Counted from the first letter of the stretch, positions 11,301-21,017 are shown. The stretch: DNA of 64,000 nt from an uncultured delta proteobacterium (GCA_963789265.1 CAWBKB010000003.1:960001-1024000), one strand, 5' to 3'. Program-made: numbers and translations. Notes: generated from the sequence alone by a model not told the origin.

Positions 11301-12162
11301 CGGAGGAGTGCAAATACCTCTTGATCTTCTTGCAAAAATTAAATTCACCCCCGGTCCGATGACCATAAAGAGCGAGGATACCTTCCTCGTAAGTTATGTG
11401 CTCTTCGACAAGAAGCCTGGAACGGCCGAGGTTAATGTTGTTGAGGCCGCGGACCGATATTTAAAGCACAAGATCGAAACAGGCGAACTCAAGCTTCCAC
11501 CCGGTACGTCGTTCATTTTTGCCGGGTCGTACGAGAATCAGGTCAGATCGGAGAAAACATTGAGGGTGGTGATTCCACTTGCGTTGATGCTCATCTTCGT
11601 TGTCCTGTATTTCCAGTTCCGTTCCATCCCGACTTCTTTGAACGTATTTTCGGGTATTTTTGTTGCGTGGTCCGGAGGCTTTATGATGATCTGGTTATAC
11701 TCGCAGCCCTGGTTCCTTAACTTCCACGTCTTTGGTGTCAACATGCACGAGCTTTTCCAGGTCCGTCCCTATAATTTGAGTGTCGCAGTCTGGGTAGGGT
11801 TCCTCGCGCTCTTTGGCATCGCGAGCAATGACGGGGTTATTTACTCCACCTATCTCGATCAGGTATTCAAATCGCGTACATTTCGTTCAGTAGCTGAATT
11901 GAGGGAAGCAACCCTGGACGCTGGAGTGAAACGAGTGAGGCCCGCGCTTATGACGACCGCTACAGCTATCCTTGCGCTGATCCCTGTAATGACTTCTCAC
12001 GGCAGAGGAGCGGACGTAATGGTTCCCATGGCGTTGCCAACTTTCGGTGGCATGGCTATAGACATAATAACGATTTTCGTCGTCCCCACTATTTACTGCC
12101 TCGTGAAAGAGACGGAATTTAAGAGGGGATTACAGATCCAAAACAGCGGAAAGGAGTCTTAA
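8311..12162 (+). CDS. cusA: Cu/Ag RND efflux permease
   Basis: PVDAIPDIGENQQIV, LGPDATALGQVFWY, GIAIAIGVMVD, RVRPALMTT; 1283 aa; overlaps the cusB stop. Confidence 0.95.
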   Translation: MTSYQDQQQSQNGQIREMSFFSRMMQFWIEQKFLMVIVLAGTILLGLTVAPFDWDISWLPRNPVPVDAIPDIGENQQIVYTPWEGRSPKDIEDQITYPLTVALLGLPGVKAVRSNSFFGFSTIYIIFNDNVDFYWSRSRILEKLNSLPSGTLPEGVQPTLGPDATALGQVFWYTVEGKGFGLDELRTIQDYYVRYALESAGGVSEVASVGGYVKEYQIDINPDAMRANNITLPEVLSAVRMSNLDVGAGTIEVNRAEYTIRGLGFLHSVQDLLDSVVKVNENVPLYIKDIATVSLGPAVRRGALDKEGAEVVGGVVVVRFGENPLQVIKNVKQKIKEISPGLPSKTLPDGTVSRVKIVPFYDRTTLIHETLNTLKKALSEEILVTMIVVIVMVNHIASSALISTVLPLSVLLTFGVMKLVGIDANIMALSGIAIAIGVMVDMGIILCENILRHMEEDHSGRNIIDLIRDSAAEVGGAVMTSSLTTIISFLPVFSLTGPEGKLFKPVAFTKTFAVGSALVLALAIIPPLAHMVFSKRNLRRNTLLIANGLIAVLGIWLGFSFSWWVGLPVLFVGALKAGSQFFPETVKGNIPTVLNLAALGFVVVLLTKHWLPLGPGVGFVRNLIFASGLIFGLLGIRKIFTAFYRPFLKWALYHKAVFLVLPVSLIIFGLVIWQGFDRVFFFVPWTVDKFIAPQRPTVTAQGAQEPQVKNDAAPEIRETVSPVRLTWLWSTLSHKFPGLGKEFMPDLDEGSYLYMPSMMPHAGIGEALDAVRKQDMAIKAIPEVESVVGKVGRVESALDPAPLSMVETVINYLPEYKTDPVSGELVVDPKTGKPIRNWRPEIKSSEDIWKAIVKAAQVPGCTSAPKLQPIAARVVMLQSGMRAAMGVKVRGNSLEDVEKVGLEIERLLKEVPSVEPSSVIVDRVIANPYLEIGIDRKAIARYGIKVQDVQDVIEIAIGGKRITTTVEGRERYPVRIRYQRELRDSLEDLGKILVPGNGGVQIPLDLLAKIKFTPGPMTIKSEDTFLVSYVLFDKKPGTAEVNVVEAADRYLKHKIETGELKLPPGTSFIFAGSYENQVRSEKTLRVVIPLALMLIFVVLYFQFRSIPTSLNVFSGIFVAWSGGFMMIWLYSQPWFLNFHVFGVNMHELFQVRPYNLSVAVWVGFLALFGIASNDGVIYSTYLDQVFKSRTFRSVAELREATLDAGVKRVRPALMTTATAILALIPVMTSHGRGADVMVPMALPTFGGMAIDIITIFVVPTIYCLVKETEFKRGLQIQNSGKES

Positions 12163-12163
12163 A

Positions 12164-12718
12164 ATGTTTTCACTCTTAAAGGGCCTTTTGTACACCGCGT
12201 TAGCACTCGTAATAGTAGTGTCGGCTCCTCTAATCTCCGGAGCCGCACAGACGGTGAATCTCCCGGATGGGGCAAAGCTTGATCTTTCGGGAACTTGCCC
12301 TGTTTGCAACATGAAACTGGGAAGCAGCCCCTCAGGGCCGGCCGCAGTAGTTTTCAAAGACGGCAAAGTAGTGGGTTTCGACACAACAGCCGATATGTTT
12401 CGATACGTCCTTGCACCCAAGAAATATGACTTCGACGCAGGGAATATCAAGGACATTTTCGTGACGGAACACGGAACCAAGAAGTTTATAGATGCCAAAC
12501 AGGCATTTTTCGTCGTCGGCAGCGACGTAAAGGGACACATGGGCGCCGAGGTGGTGCCGTTCCCGAACAAAGCTGATGCAGAGAAGTTCAGCTCCGAGCA
12601 CAAAGGCAAACGAGTTGCCGCGTACGGGACAGTCACTCTGGCTGACTTGAAATCACACAAAATGATGCTCAAGATGGAGCATGGCATGGGCGGGATGGAA
12701 CATGGCATGAAGCACTAG
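12164..12718 (+). CDS. NosL-family copper chaperone with Met/His-rich tail
   Basis: Signal peptide, CPVCNM, IDAKQAFFVVGSDVKGHMG, PF...AEKF...HKG; tail MMLKMEHGMGGMEHGMKH. Confidence 0.85.
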   Translation: MFSLLKGLLYTALALVIVVSAPLISGAAQTVNLPDGAKLDLSGTCPVCNMKLGSSPSGPAAVVFKDGKVVGFDTTADMFRYVLAPKKYDFDAGNIKDIFVTEHGTKKFIDAKQAFFVVGSDVKGHMGAEVVPFPNKADAEKFSSEHKGKRVAAYGTVTLADLKSHKMMLKMEHGMGGMEHGMKH

Positions 12719-12850
12719 GAGCGACCCCGTGTCACACGGTTGGAAGGCTCTTTCGAGGGAACTTCCCGGCATCCTGCCTAAATACGGAAACATATCGACA
12801 TATTTTAAAACCTTAAATTCTAACCCTCAACCTAACGGTGAGAATTAAAC

Positions 12851-14599
12851 ATGATTTTTTCTTTGCAACGACGATTTCTGATTCTCCTGCTTCTCCCAGT
12901 GACAGTGATACTAGTTGTCGCAGGTGTCGCGGGGTTCGTCTATTCGCTCGGACTTCTTCTTGAGCAATGGGGCATTGCCACGCGTCTGAAGTTGGAAAAA
13001 GCCGAGCACCAAATCGAGATGCAGCTCGAAGAGAAAGTGGCGCTGATCAGGCTCATCGGACAAGCTGAGGAGATCCCCAATAACGATATTGTCCGGACAT
13101 ATCTAATTCAGCAACTCATAAAAAAGGATGGCATTCGCTTCGTTGATCTGGAGCCGATCAGCGCTAAAGTCAACAAGGCCGCCAAGGGAGGAAAAAACTC
13201 CGACGATCCCGGCGGCAAAACCACGGGTAACGGCACGAGTTATACCACGGTACTGTGTGGCAACATGGGGTTCTGTGCTCCCATCATGGATCCAAATGCC
13301 CCGGACCGGGCTTTAACAATCATAAAACTCATAGGAGCTGACACGCCCTCCCCCAAACGACTAACTGTGCGGATCAGCTTTGATTCGTTCTTGAAGCCCA
13401 TAAAGGAAATGACCCTTTGGCAAGGGAGCACCGCGTGCCTTGTGACAAGCACCGGTCAAGTGCTGGCCCATACGGGTAAATCCTGGCGCGACAGAAAACA
13501 ACTGGGGGAAAACGGAAACGAAGTCGAAAAGGCTGTCCTTCGAGAGATTGGGAGCAATAAGCCTTACGGAACCGTATTCGGCAAAGGACATCCGCCGGAC
13601 ATTGTCGCAGGCTTCTACAAACTGCCTTTCATCAATTGGGACATGGTCCTCTTTTCCAAGGGCGAAGTAATCATGGCCCCCATGATCCAGTACAGGTTCT
13701 ATTACACCTTGGCGGGCATCATTGCGCTCGGTGTGATTCTCTTGTTGATCCGGTTGACCACCCGCTCGGTTGGCCGCTCTGTGGCAGAGATTTCCTCCGC
13801 GACGGAGCGGGTAGAAAAGGGGGATTACACGGTAAGACTGCCGGAGGACCGATACGACGAAATGGGTCACTTGAACCGGAGCTTTAACAACATGATCCAG
13901 GGTCTTAAACAACGAGACCTGATTGAACAGACCTTCGGTCGCTATGTTGACAAGAGTGTGGCCGAAGCCTTGATGAGTAAGCCCGAAGCGTTGCGATTGG
14001 GTGGGGAAAAGAAGACTGTCACGATCATGATGTCCGACATACGGAACTTTACCGGAATATCTGAGAAGCTACAGCCCGAAGAAGTTATCAAAATGCTGAA
14101 CAGGTACTTCGCGCGTATGATAGCCGTTATAGAATGCTACAGGGGCATCATCGTGGACTTTTACGGAGACTCTATTTTGGTCTTCTTCAACGGTATGGAA
14201 TCCGATATCAGTCTTAATGCTCTGGGTGCAATAAAGTGTGCTCTGGAAATGCAGCAGGAACTCGAAGGCTTTGTTAGGGAAAACGTGGCCCAAGGGCTCC
14301 CTGTAGTGACAATGGGCATAGGAATTCATACCGGCGAAGTTATCGTAGGCAACATTGGTACCGAAACTCGAGCAAAATATGGGATCGTGGGAGCCGACGT
14401 GAATTTGACCGATCGTATTCAAGCCTCTGCCGCGGGTGGAAAAGTGGTGATTTCAGAAAAGACTTACGAGGCTGTCGCACACAATGTCGAAATATCTCAG
14501 CAGTTCGAGGTCTGCCTCAAAGGCGTAGAAGACAACCACACGCTGTACGAGGTTCGAACTGCTATGGCCCGATCGAATTGCCTGACGGTCAGTATATAA
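12851..14599 (+). CDS. Membrane class III nucleotide cyclase (periplasmic sensor, HAMP, cyclase)
   Basis: Two TM helices; HAMP DEMGHLNRSFNNM; SDIRNFT, FYGD, MGIGIHTGEVIVGNIG, VNLTDR. Confidence 0.9.
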   Translation: MIFSLQRRFLILLLLPVTVILVVAGVAGFVYSLGLLLEQWGIATRLKLEKAEHQIEMQLEEKVALIRLIGQAEEIPNNDIVRTYLIQQLIKKDGIRFVDLEPISAKVNKAAKGGKNSDDPGGKTTGNGTSYTTVLCGNMGFCAPIMDPNAPDRALTIIKLIGADTPSPKRLTVRISFDSFLKPIKEMTLWQGSTACLVTSTGQVLAHTGKSWRDRKQLGENGNEVEKAVLREIGSNKPYGTVFGKGHPPDIVAGFYKLPFINWDMVLFSKGEVIMAPMIQYRFYYTLAGIIALGVILLLIRLTTRSVGRSVAEISSATERVEKGDYTVRLPEDRYDEMGHLNRSFNNMIQGLKQRDLIEQTFGRYVDKSVAEALMSKPEALRLGGEKKTVTIMMSDIRNFTGISEKLQPEEVIKMLNRYFARMIAVIECYRGIIVDFYGDSILVFFNGMESDISLNALGAIKCALEMQQELEGFVRENVAQGLPVVTMGIGIHTGEVIVGNIGTETRAKYGIVGADVNLTDRIQASAAGGKVVISEKTYEAVAHNVEISQQFEVCLKGVEDNHTLYEVRTAMARSNCLTVSI

Positions 14600-15426
14600 T
14601 AGCTCCGTACCCAACGAAGCTGGAGCCGGGCGCAACGTCGTAACTGGTATAGTATTCCAAGAGCTTGCCGCACTGGACCCCGTGGTGTGCCATTGACGTT
14701 ATCAGGGCAGCGATCGCACCTGCGGAACATGTGTTCTGCTTTGACTTCGCATCCAACAGCAGACCTTTGGCATCCAGGGCGAGCGCCTTGTTGATTAGGG
14801 AACGGTCATTTACTTCTTTTACCCATTTCACTGCCGAGGCCCCACTGCCTTTTGGCATGAACTCATAGTTGGGGCCGTAGTGAGTGAGATCGGCCGACCC
14901 AATGCACACGGCAGCCAGAACCCTTTACCTCAAGAAGCACGCACAGGGCTTCGCTCATTCGTATGGCCCGTACTGAAGCCGGTGCGTGAACTGCAATCAC
15001 CGGGATTCCGGGAAAAAACCGCTGGACAAACGGCAGTTGTATCTCCACGGTATTATCTGAAAAATCCCCATGTGCGGGCACAGCTTCCCCCGCGGAGACC
15101 AACTCCTGTGCTGTGGATGAATCCATAGGCTGAGCGCCCAGGGGCGTGTGCCACGAGTCATCGGTGTAGATAATCGGATCATCCGTTTCCGAGAGGTGCC
15201 CCCCGTAGATCACCACCCGATCCGGGCGCGTGGAAACAGCAATAGTATTTATGACACGAGCCGCGGCCCGCCCGGAAAAATACCATCCGGCGTGGGGCAC
15301 GATCCCGCCCACCCACATTCCCCCGGCGGGGCGGAATCCTTTCAAGAATTCGTCTATTTGTCGATTGCATTCGTCGGCGGAGTCAGGATACCAGCCTGTG
15401 GGTAGAACTCTTTTGCGCACAGACAT
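14589..15426 (-). CDS. AmmeMemoRadiSam system protein B (Memo family), one frameshift at about 14920
   Basis: IVPHAGWYFSG, WHTPLG, VEIQLPF, then SADLTHYG...SFVGY after removing one T. Confidence 0.85.
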
Positions 15427-15479
15427 CGTCTTATCTCCTCATTCGTTCATGCCGAATTCCCGGTTCTCGTAAACTGATT

Positions 15480-16511
15480 TTATTGCAACCCGAACCACAC
15501 GGCTACGAGCAAGCTGAAAGACACCAGGGAATTCACGTTGAAAAACGCCAAGTCTAAACGGCTCAAGTCGTCGGGATGGAGCAGCCGGTGTTCGAGGTAG
15601 AGCAGTCCGCATGTGACAAGACCTAATAGGTAGAATGTCCGGTTTAGCCCTGCCAACCTTCCCGTCAACATGAACAGGCAGACCGCCGCGATATGGGCAA
15701 GGCCTGCCGAGCGAAGAGCTGCACGGGTTCCGAGCCAAGCCGGCAAAGAGTGCAGTTTGACCATGCGGTCAAATTCTACATCTTGGCAGGCGTAAATGAT
15801 GTCAAAACCGGCAACCCAGAAGAGGACCCCGGTTCCTAAAATCGCCGGGATCCAATCCACTCGTCCCGCGACCGCCAACCATCCTGCCACTGGGGCCAGA
15901 CCAAGACATAATCCCAGGAACAGATGGCACATCCAGGTAAACCGTTTCGTATAAGAGTAGGCCAGCAGAATTGCAAGCGCCACTGGAGACAGGAAGAAAC
16001 AGACCCGGTTCAGAGCCAAAGCGGAAAGGAAGTAGACGCCCACAGCTACCACGACCAGAGCCCAAGCTTGGCGCACATTGATCTGACCGGAAGGAATTTC
16101 CCTGTTGGCGGTTCGAGGATTCAGCGCATCCAAGTCACGGTCCACCAATCTATTGAATGCCATGGCAGCGGTTCTGGCCCCGGCAAACGCCAGTGCTATA
16201 AGCCCCAAAACCTTCAGACTCGGCATACCGCGAGCCGCCAGAATGGATCCGGTTAATGCCAGCGGCAACGCGAACAATGTGTGCTCGATCTTCACCAAAG
16301 AGAACAGGCGTAGGATTATCGCAAAGGGTTTCGTGCGATCTGTCCTTGTCGCAAATCCCGGAGAGCATGCAGTCCGCGTTGAGCCGGTTCCTACAGTGGC
16401 CTCATTCAAAATACAGGGAATCATACAGCTACTGTCACCTTGGCCCTTGGCCAAAGACCTGCTGACGCTATCGGGTGCATCTGATCTGTCGTCAATTTGC
16501 CCTGTCGGCAT
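15480..16511 (-). CDS. UbiA-family prenyltransferase (MqnP-like, futalosine menaquinone route); start uncertain
   Basis: KIEHTLFALP, ARTAAMAFNRLVDRDLDALNPRTANREIP, AYSYTKR, GFDIIYACQD. Confidence 0.85.
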   Translation of the reverse strand: MPTGQIDDRSDAPDSVSRSLAKGQGDSSCMIPCILNEATVGTGSTRTACSPGFATRTDRTKPFAIILRLFSLVKIEHTLFALPLALTGSILAARGMPSLKVLGLIALAFAGARTAAMAFNRLVDRDLDALNPRTANREIPSGQINVRQAWALVVVAVGVYFLSALALNRVCFFLSPVALAILLAYSYTKRFTWMCHLFLGLCLGLAPVAGWLAVAGRVDWIPAILGTGVLFWVAGFDIIYACQDVEFDRMVKLHSLPAWLGTRAALRSAGLAHIAAVCLFMLTGRLAGLNRTFYLLGLVTCGLLYLEHRLLHPDDLSRLDLAFFNVNSLVSFSLLVAVWFGLQ

Positions 16512-16515
16512 TGAA

Positions 16516-17952
16516 TTATCCCAGGTTAAGTTTAGTCCATATTGCGTCGATTCTGGATTTGACCTCTCGATCCATCTCGATCAGCTCGGGCCAGGGTCGA
16601 GAATGACCTTCCTCAGCACCTTTCCGGGTGCAATCAAATCCCATTTTCGTACCCAGGTGGGGCAGGTCCGAGGAATGGTCGAGCGCGTCAACAGGTCCCT
16701 TCACCACGCACAGATCGCGCCCCGGCTCCAGATTGGCTCCCAGGAAAAAAAGCACCTGACCGATGTCTTGAACATCCACATAATGATCGAAAACAAAAAT
16801 CATCTTTGTAAACATCATTTGACCGAAGCCCCACAGCGCGTGCATCACCTTATGAGCCTGGCCGGGATAACTCTTGCGAATGGCTACGAAACAAAGGTTG
16901 TGGAAGACCCCCTCCACAGGCAAGTTAATGTCAACGATTTCAGGGAGCTGTTTCTTTATAAGAGGCAAAAAGAGTCTCTCGGTGACTTTGCCAAAGAAAG
17001 CATCCTCCATTGGAGGCCGGCCGACGAGAGTGGCTGGATATATGGGATTCTTGCGTCGGGTAATCGCCGTAAGGTGAAACATCGGGTACAGGTCGGCCGG
17101 TGAGTAGTATCCGGTGTGATCTCCGAATGGTCCCTCGACTCGTGTCTCACCGGGAACCACGTACCCTTCCAGGACAAATTGAGACTCCGCCGGAACTTCC
17201 AGGTCGCAGGTTACGCACTTCACGATCTCCACCGGCTTTTTTCGAAGGAATCCAGAGAGGATCAGCTCGTCCAAATCTTCGGGCAACGGTGCAATGGCAC
17301 TGTAGGTGGTGATGGGATCGGGTCCGAGAGCTACGGCCACCTGCATGGGCTCCTGAGCCGAGCGAAAGTGTTCCGCTCCCCCTTTATGTATGTGCCAATG
17401 CATGCCGCAGGTTTCGCTATCGTAGACCTGCAAACGGTACATGCCGACATTTCGACGGCCGGTCCGGGGATGCCGAGTGATGACCACCGGCAGCGTGATG
17501 AACGGGCCCCCGTCCCCAGGCCAGGAGGTCAATACGGGCAGCTCCCTCAGGTCTAAGCCCTGCGTCCGGACCACTTCCCGGCACGGTCCGTCTTTGACCC
17601 GCTTGGGAAAAATGCAAGCGATATCCTTAAGTTTGGGAAGCAGTTTCAGCTTGTCGATAAAGCCCTTGGGCGGCTCCAGATTCAGGAATTCCTGAAACCT
17701 GTCACCAAGGTCATTCAGCTCGGCAATGTCAAAGATAGCCTTTATCCTATCCAAGGCTCCGTATATATTCGTCAGAACGGGATAATTGTACCCGGTTGGG
17801 TGTTCGAATAGGAGAGCCGGCCCGCCTTTCTTGACCACCCGATCCGTCAACTCCGCTATCTCCAAATGGGGACTCAAGTTATCGGTAACACAAGCCAGTT
17901 GGTCGGTCCGTTTCAAAAATTCTATTAGATTCTGCAAGTTGTCAAAAGCCAT
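16516..17952 (-). CDS. ubiD: UbiD-family prFMN decarboxylase (MqnL-like menaquinone biosynthesis type)
   Basis: NVGMYRLQ, EGPFGDHTGYY, GRPPMED, QMMFTK, GPVDALDH; adjacent to the UbiA gene. Confidence 0.9.
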   Translation of the reverse strand: MAFDNLQNLIEFLKRTDQLACVTDNLSPHLEIAELTDRVVKKGGPALLFEHPTGYNYPVLTNIYGALDRIKAIFDIAELNDLGDRFQEFLNLEPPKGFIDKLKLLPKLKDIACIFPKRVKDGPCREVVRTQGLDLRELPVLTSWPGDGGPFITLPVVITRHPRTGRRNVGMYRLQVYDSETCGMHWHIHKGGAEHFRSAQEPMQVAVALGPDPITTYSAIAPLPEDLDELILSGFLRKKPVEIVKCVTCDLEVPAESQFVLEGYVVPGETRVEGPFGDHTGYYSPADLYPMFHLTAITRRKNPIYPATLVGRPPMEDAFFGKVTERLFLPLIKKQLPEIVDINLPVEGVFHNLCFVAIRKSYPGQAHKVMHALWGFGQMMFTKMIFVFDHYVDVQDIGQVLFFLGANLEPGRDLCVVKGPVDALDHSSDLPHLGTKMGFDCTRKGAEEGHSRPWPELIEMDREVKSRIDAIWTKLNLG

Positions 17953-19206
17953 TTAGGCTCCAATCCGGCTGTTTAAAGACGGTCCCGCGCCTATTGACGT
18001 CATGGCCTTGTGCAGTTCCGAAACCGCAATTCCGGCGAATTCCGTGTCGTTGATATGGAAGTCCGCTTCTATCACTTTAACCCGAGAATCCAACAACGTC
18101 TTCAAGGCCGTGACAAAGACGCGATTCGTTTCCGGATCATAAAGGGGCCCACCGGGCGCGTCTGCTTCGGACCACCCTTTCAAGGGAATTACAACTGACG
18201 AGGGACCCTTGGCATGGTTCAATTTGGCGGCTATGACCTCTGCCAAGCGGAGGAGATCGTCCGCGCTGGTGCGCACGCCGGATCGGAAATCGTACCAGAA
18301 TACCTTTCTGTCTTTGAATCTCTCCGGAATCGTTTCCGGTGAGTCAAATTCCAACACGACGCAATCCAGGCCCCCGGGAACGGCCACCAGGGGTATGCCG
18401 TGGCGCCCCGCAGCCTCCATCCTGCCCGGCCCTATTCCACCGCAGTATCCGTTGTATAACTCATCCGCAAATTCATGAAGTGCAAAGTCCAGCACGCCGT
18501 CGATCAACCCCTGCGATATCAGGTCCTCCATTGCCATTCCGCCCGTGCCGTTAGCATGGAAGGGAGCGACATCATAGCCTTGATCTTCGAGCATCTTCTT
18601 TACCAGCATGGCACCTTCGGTTATGAACCCGAACGAAGTAAGACCGATGATGGGCCTTTGCCGATCCATACGAACGGGGCTCGACACCATCCCTGCCATC
18701 GCTGCGGCAGCGTTTGCGAGTATTTTTCTGCTCAGCGGGTTGAGACCCAGGATGTCTATCACCGAGTGCATCATGGTGATGTCTTTCGTTCCTATCAAAT
18801 CACTCATGTCGCGGCTTGCGACGGTTGAGAGCATCACCTTGGGTAGTCCCAAAGGCAGCGAGCGCATGATTCCGGTCCCAATGTGGGTCCCTGTCCCGCC
18901 TCCCAGGGCGAGAATACCCGAAACCACTCCCTGCCGGTGCAGGTCGTTGACTATCCTTTCAGCTCCCCGGGTCATTGTTTGAATGGCCAACCTTCGATCG
19001 CCCTTTTTCAGCAGCTCTTGCAATTGAACTCCGCCCGCGGTCGCAACCTGTTCACGTGAAATGTCCGACTGGATCCCGGGAGCATGGAGAACTCCGACGT
19101 CAATTACGAGTGTGGAACACGCGGCATCTTCGAGTAGCCGCTTCACGTACCCGATTTCCTCGCCTTTGGTGTCCAGAGTTCCTACGATAACGACCGTTGG
19201 CGGCAT
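17953..19206 (-). CDS. UPF0261 / Tm-1-like ATP-binding protein (paralog 1)
   Basis: GTLDTKGEE, ALGGGTGT, LPLGLPKVMLST, FHANGTGG, HINDTEFA; ATG 19206 after AAGAGGT. Confidence 0.9.
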   Translation of the reverse strand: MPPTVVIVGTLDTKGEEIGYVKRLLEDAACSTLVIDVGVLHAPGIQSDISREQVATAGGVQLQELLKKGDRRLAIQTMTRGAERIVNDLHRQGVVSGILALGGGTGTHIGTGIMRSLPLGLPKVMLSTVASRDMSDLIGTKDITMMHSVIDILGLNPLSRKILANAAAAMAGMVSSPVRMDRQRPIIGLTSFGFITEGAMLVKKMLEDQGYDVAPFHANGTGGMAMEDLISQGLIDGVLDFALHEFADELYNGYCGGIGPGRMEAAGRHGIPLVAVPGGLDCVVLEFDSPETIPERFKDRKVFWYDFRSGVRTSADDLLRLAEVIAAKLNHAKGPSSVVIPLKGWSEADAPGGPLYDPETNRVFVTALKTLLDSRVKVIEADFHINDTEFAGIAVSELHKAMTSIGAGPSLNSRIGA

Positions 19207-19290
19207 AGGCACCTCTTGTGGTTGGGTTGCCAGCTCACATTACAGGAGCCCCCTCCCGTCGGCAACAAAATTAAGGGGTATTGTGCAGAT

Positions 19291-20191
19291 CTATTGAGGG
19301 AGGTTCTTTTCCGCGTATTTCTTCAAAATCTCCAGGAAATGACCCAACGCAGGAGACAATGGCTCGTTTCGTCGAATCACGACATCGCTCTGGAAACCTA
19401 TGGTGCCTTCGAGAAGCAGAATGGGTTTTAGAACCCCACGGGACAGTTCTTCCTCGATCTCGTGCGACAATATGAACGAAATCCCCATCTTTCTCTCGAT
19501 GTACCCAAGTATTGAAACCGAGGCTTTCTGATTCGACCAGTAACGAAGGGGTCACGTCGAATCGTCGCAATAGCTGAAGGATCGCATTACGTGACCCTGA
19601 ACCCCGCTCCCTGAGAATCATGGCTTCTCCGTCAAGCGATTTTATGGGGACAGGATTGCCGGTCGCTAGAGGGTGGTCCGGTCGGGCAACCAGGACAAAC
19701 TCCGCCCGCGCAAACGGAACAGCCCTCAAGTCGGACCCGTACTCCGAACGGGCCACCACCACAAGGTCCTGCTTTCTGATCCGGACTCTATTGATTAGAT
19801 CGGCTGAGTTGCCTTCACTGAGATGCACGCAAATTCGAGGATATTTCTCCTGGAAACGCGCAATAAGATCGGGCATGACGATGCCCGCGTAAGCTTTTGT
19901 GATTCCTATTTTCAATACCTCAGAAGTGGCCTTTCGCGCTTTCTCGAGAAGTCCCTCGGCCTGTTCGATGCGCGAAAAAATACTTTTGCTCAGCAAAAAG
20001 AGCTGGTCCCCTGCTTCGGTAAGCACGTACTCGTGAGCCTGCCGGTAGAAAAGTTGCACGCCGCATTCAGCCTGAAAACTTCTAAGTTGCTGAGAGACCG
20101 CCGGCTGCGTCACATTTAGACACTCTGCGGCCCCGCTCATACTCATGAACCGGCAGAAGTAATGAAATGTTTCAAGATGCTTGAGATTCAT
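19291..20191 (-). CDS. LysR-family regulator (one frameshift at about 19512)
   Basis: MNLKHLETF...AAECLNVTQPAVSQQL HTH; RERGSGSR; removing one A restores ESLGFILGYIERKMGISF. Confidence 0.9.
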
Positions 20192-20228
20192 GGTGGTCCG
20201 GCGAAAAGGGATCTTTTCATATTATACT

Positions 20229-20293
20229 ATTAGGCAGCCTAATGCATCCATAACTTTTTATGACTTGACTGGCCTTAAAAAATCCCTGACAAT
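20229..20293 (+). promoter_or_regulatory. LysR box plus sigma70 promoter for the ubiX-pps operon
   Basis: Palindrome ATTAGGCAGCCTAAT (20229-20243, T-N11-A core), then TTGACT (20265-20270), 17 nt, GACAAT (20288-20293). Confidence 0.7.
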
Positions 20294-20453
20294 TCGTAGT
20301 GATGAAAGCTCTTCCTGAAAGAAGACCTTTTCAGGACAACCTCAAGCTCCACGATCGCAAAGATTCTTTTCACAACCTGTAATTTCCTGAAGGTACATTC
20401 ATGACTTGCCATAACAACCCAGCCGTTGGCCGTACGGAAGCACGGGGGGTCAT

Positions 20454-21017
20454 TTGAAGAGAGTTGTTGTTGCTATTTCCGGCGCGAGCGGCGTCATTTA
20501 CGGCGTCCGGCTTCTGGAGGTTCTTAAGCAGCTTGACGGGATTGAGACTCACCTGATCCTTAGTCATGGAGCAAGCATTACAATGAAATTGGAAACATCC
20601 CTGGATCCTGAGCAGGTGCAGGCGTTGGCAGATAGATCGTATTCCCCCGACGATCTTGCAGCTCCTCTTTCCAGCGGATCGTTCCGTACAGAAGGGATGA
20701 TTGTGGCTCCGTGCTCCATGAAAAGCCTTTCAATGATCGCCTTGTCTCTCAACGATAATCTCCTCATCCGGGCAGCGGACGTGACATTGAAGGAGCGCAG
20801 GAAGCTTGTCCTTGTCCCGCGTGAGACACCCCTACATCTTGGCCACCTGCGGGCCATGATCGCGGTTACGGAGATGGGCGGAATAATCCTGCCGCCTGTT
20901 CCATCGTTTTATCACCGCCCCAGCACCATTGAAGACGTTGTGGACCAAACCATCGGCAAGGTGCTGGATCAATTCGGACTACCAAACAATCTCTTTAACC
21001 GCTGGGGCGGAGGATGA
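20454..21017 (+). CDS. ubiX: Flavin prenyltransferase
   Basis: AISGASG, SSGSF, APCSMKSL, RAADVTLKERR, PRETP, PPVPSFYHRP; TTG start. Confidence 0.95.
   Translation: MKRVVVAISGASGVIYGVRLLEVLKQLDGIETHLILSHGASITMKLETSLDPEQVQALADRSYSPDDLAAPLSSGSFRTEGMIVAPCSMKSLSMIALSLNDNLLIRAADVTLKERRKLVLVPRETPLHLGHLRAMIAVTEMGGIILPPVPSFYHRPSTIEDVVDQTIGKVLDQFGLPNNLFNRWGGG

Noticed and set aside
16105..17103. 332-aa plus-strand ORF
   Set aside because: Antisense shadow of ubiD/ubiA with no recognisable motifs.
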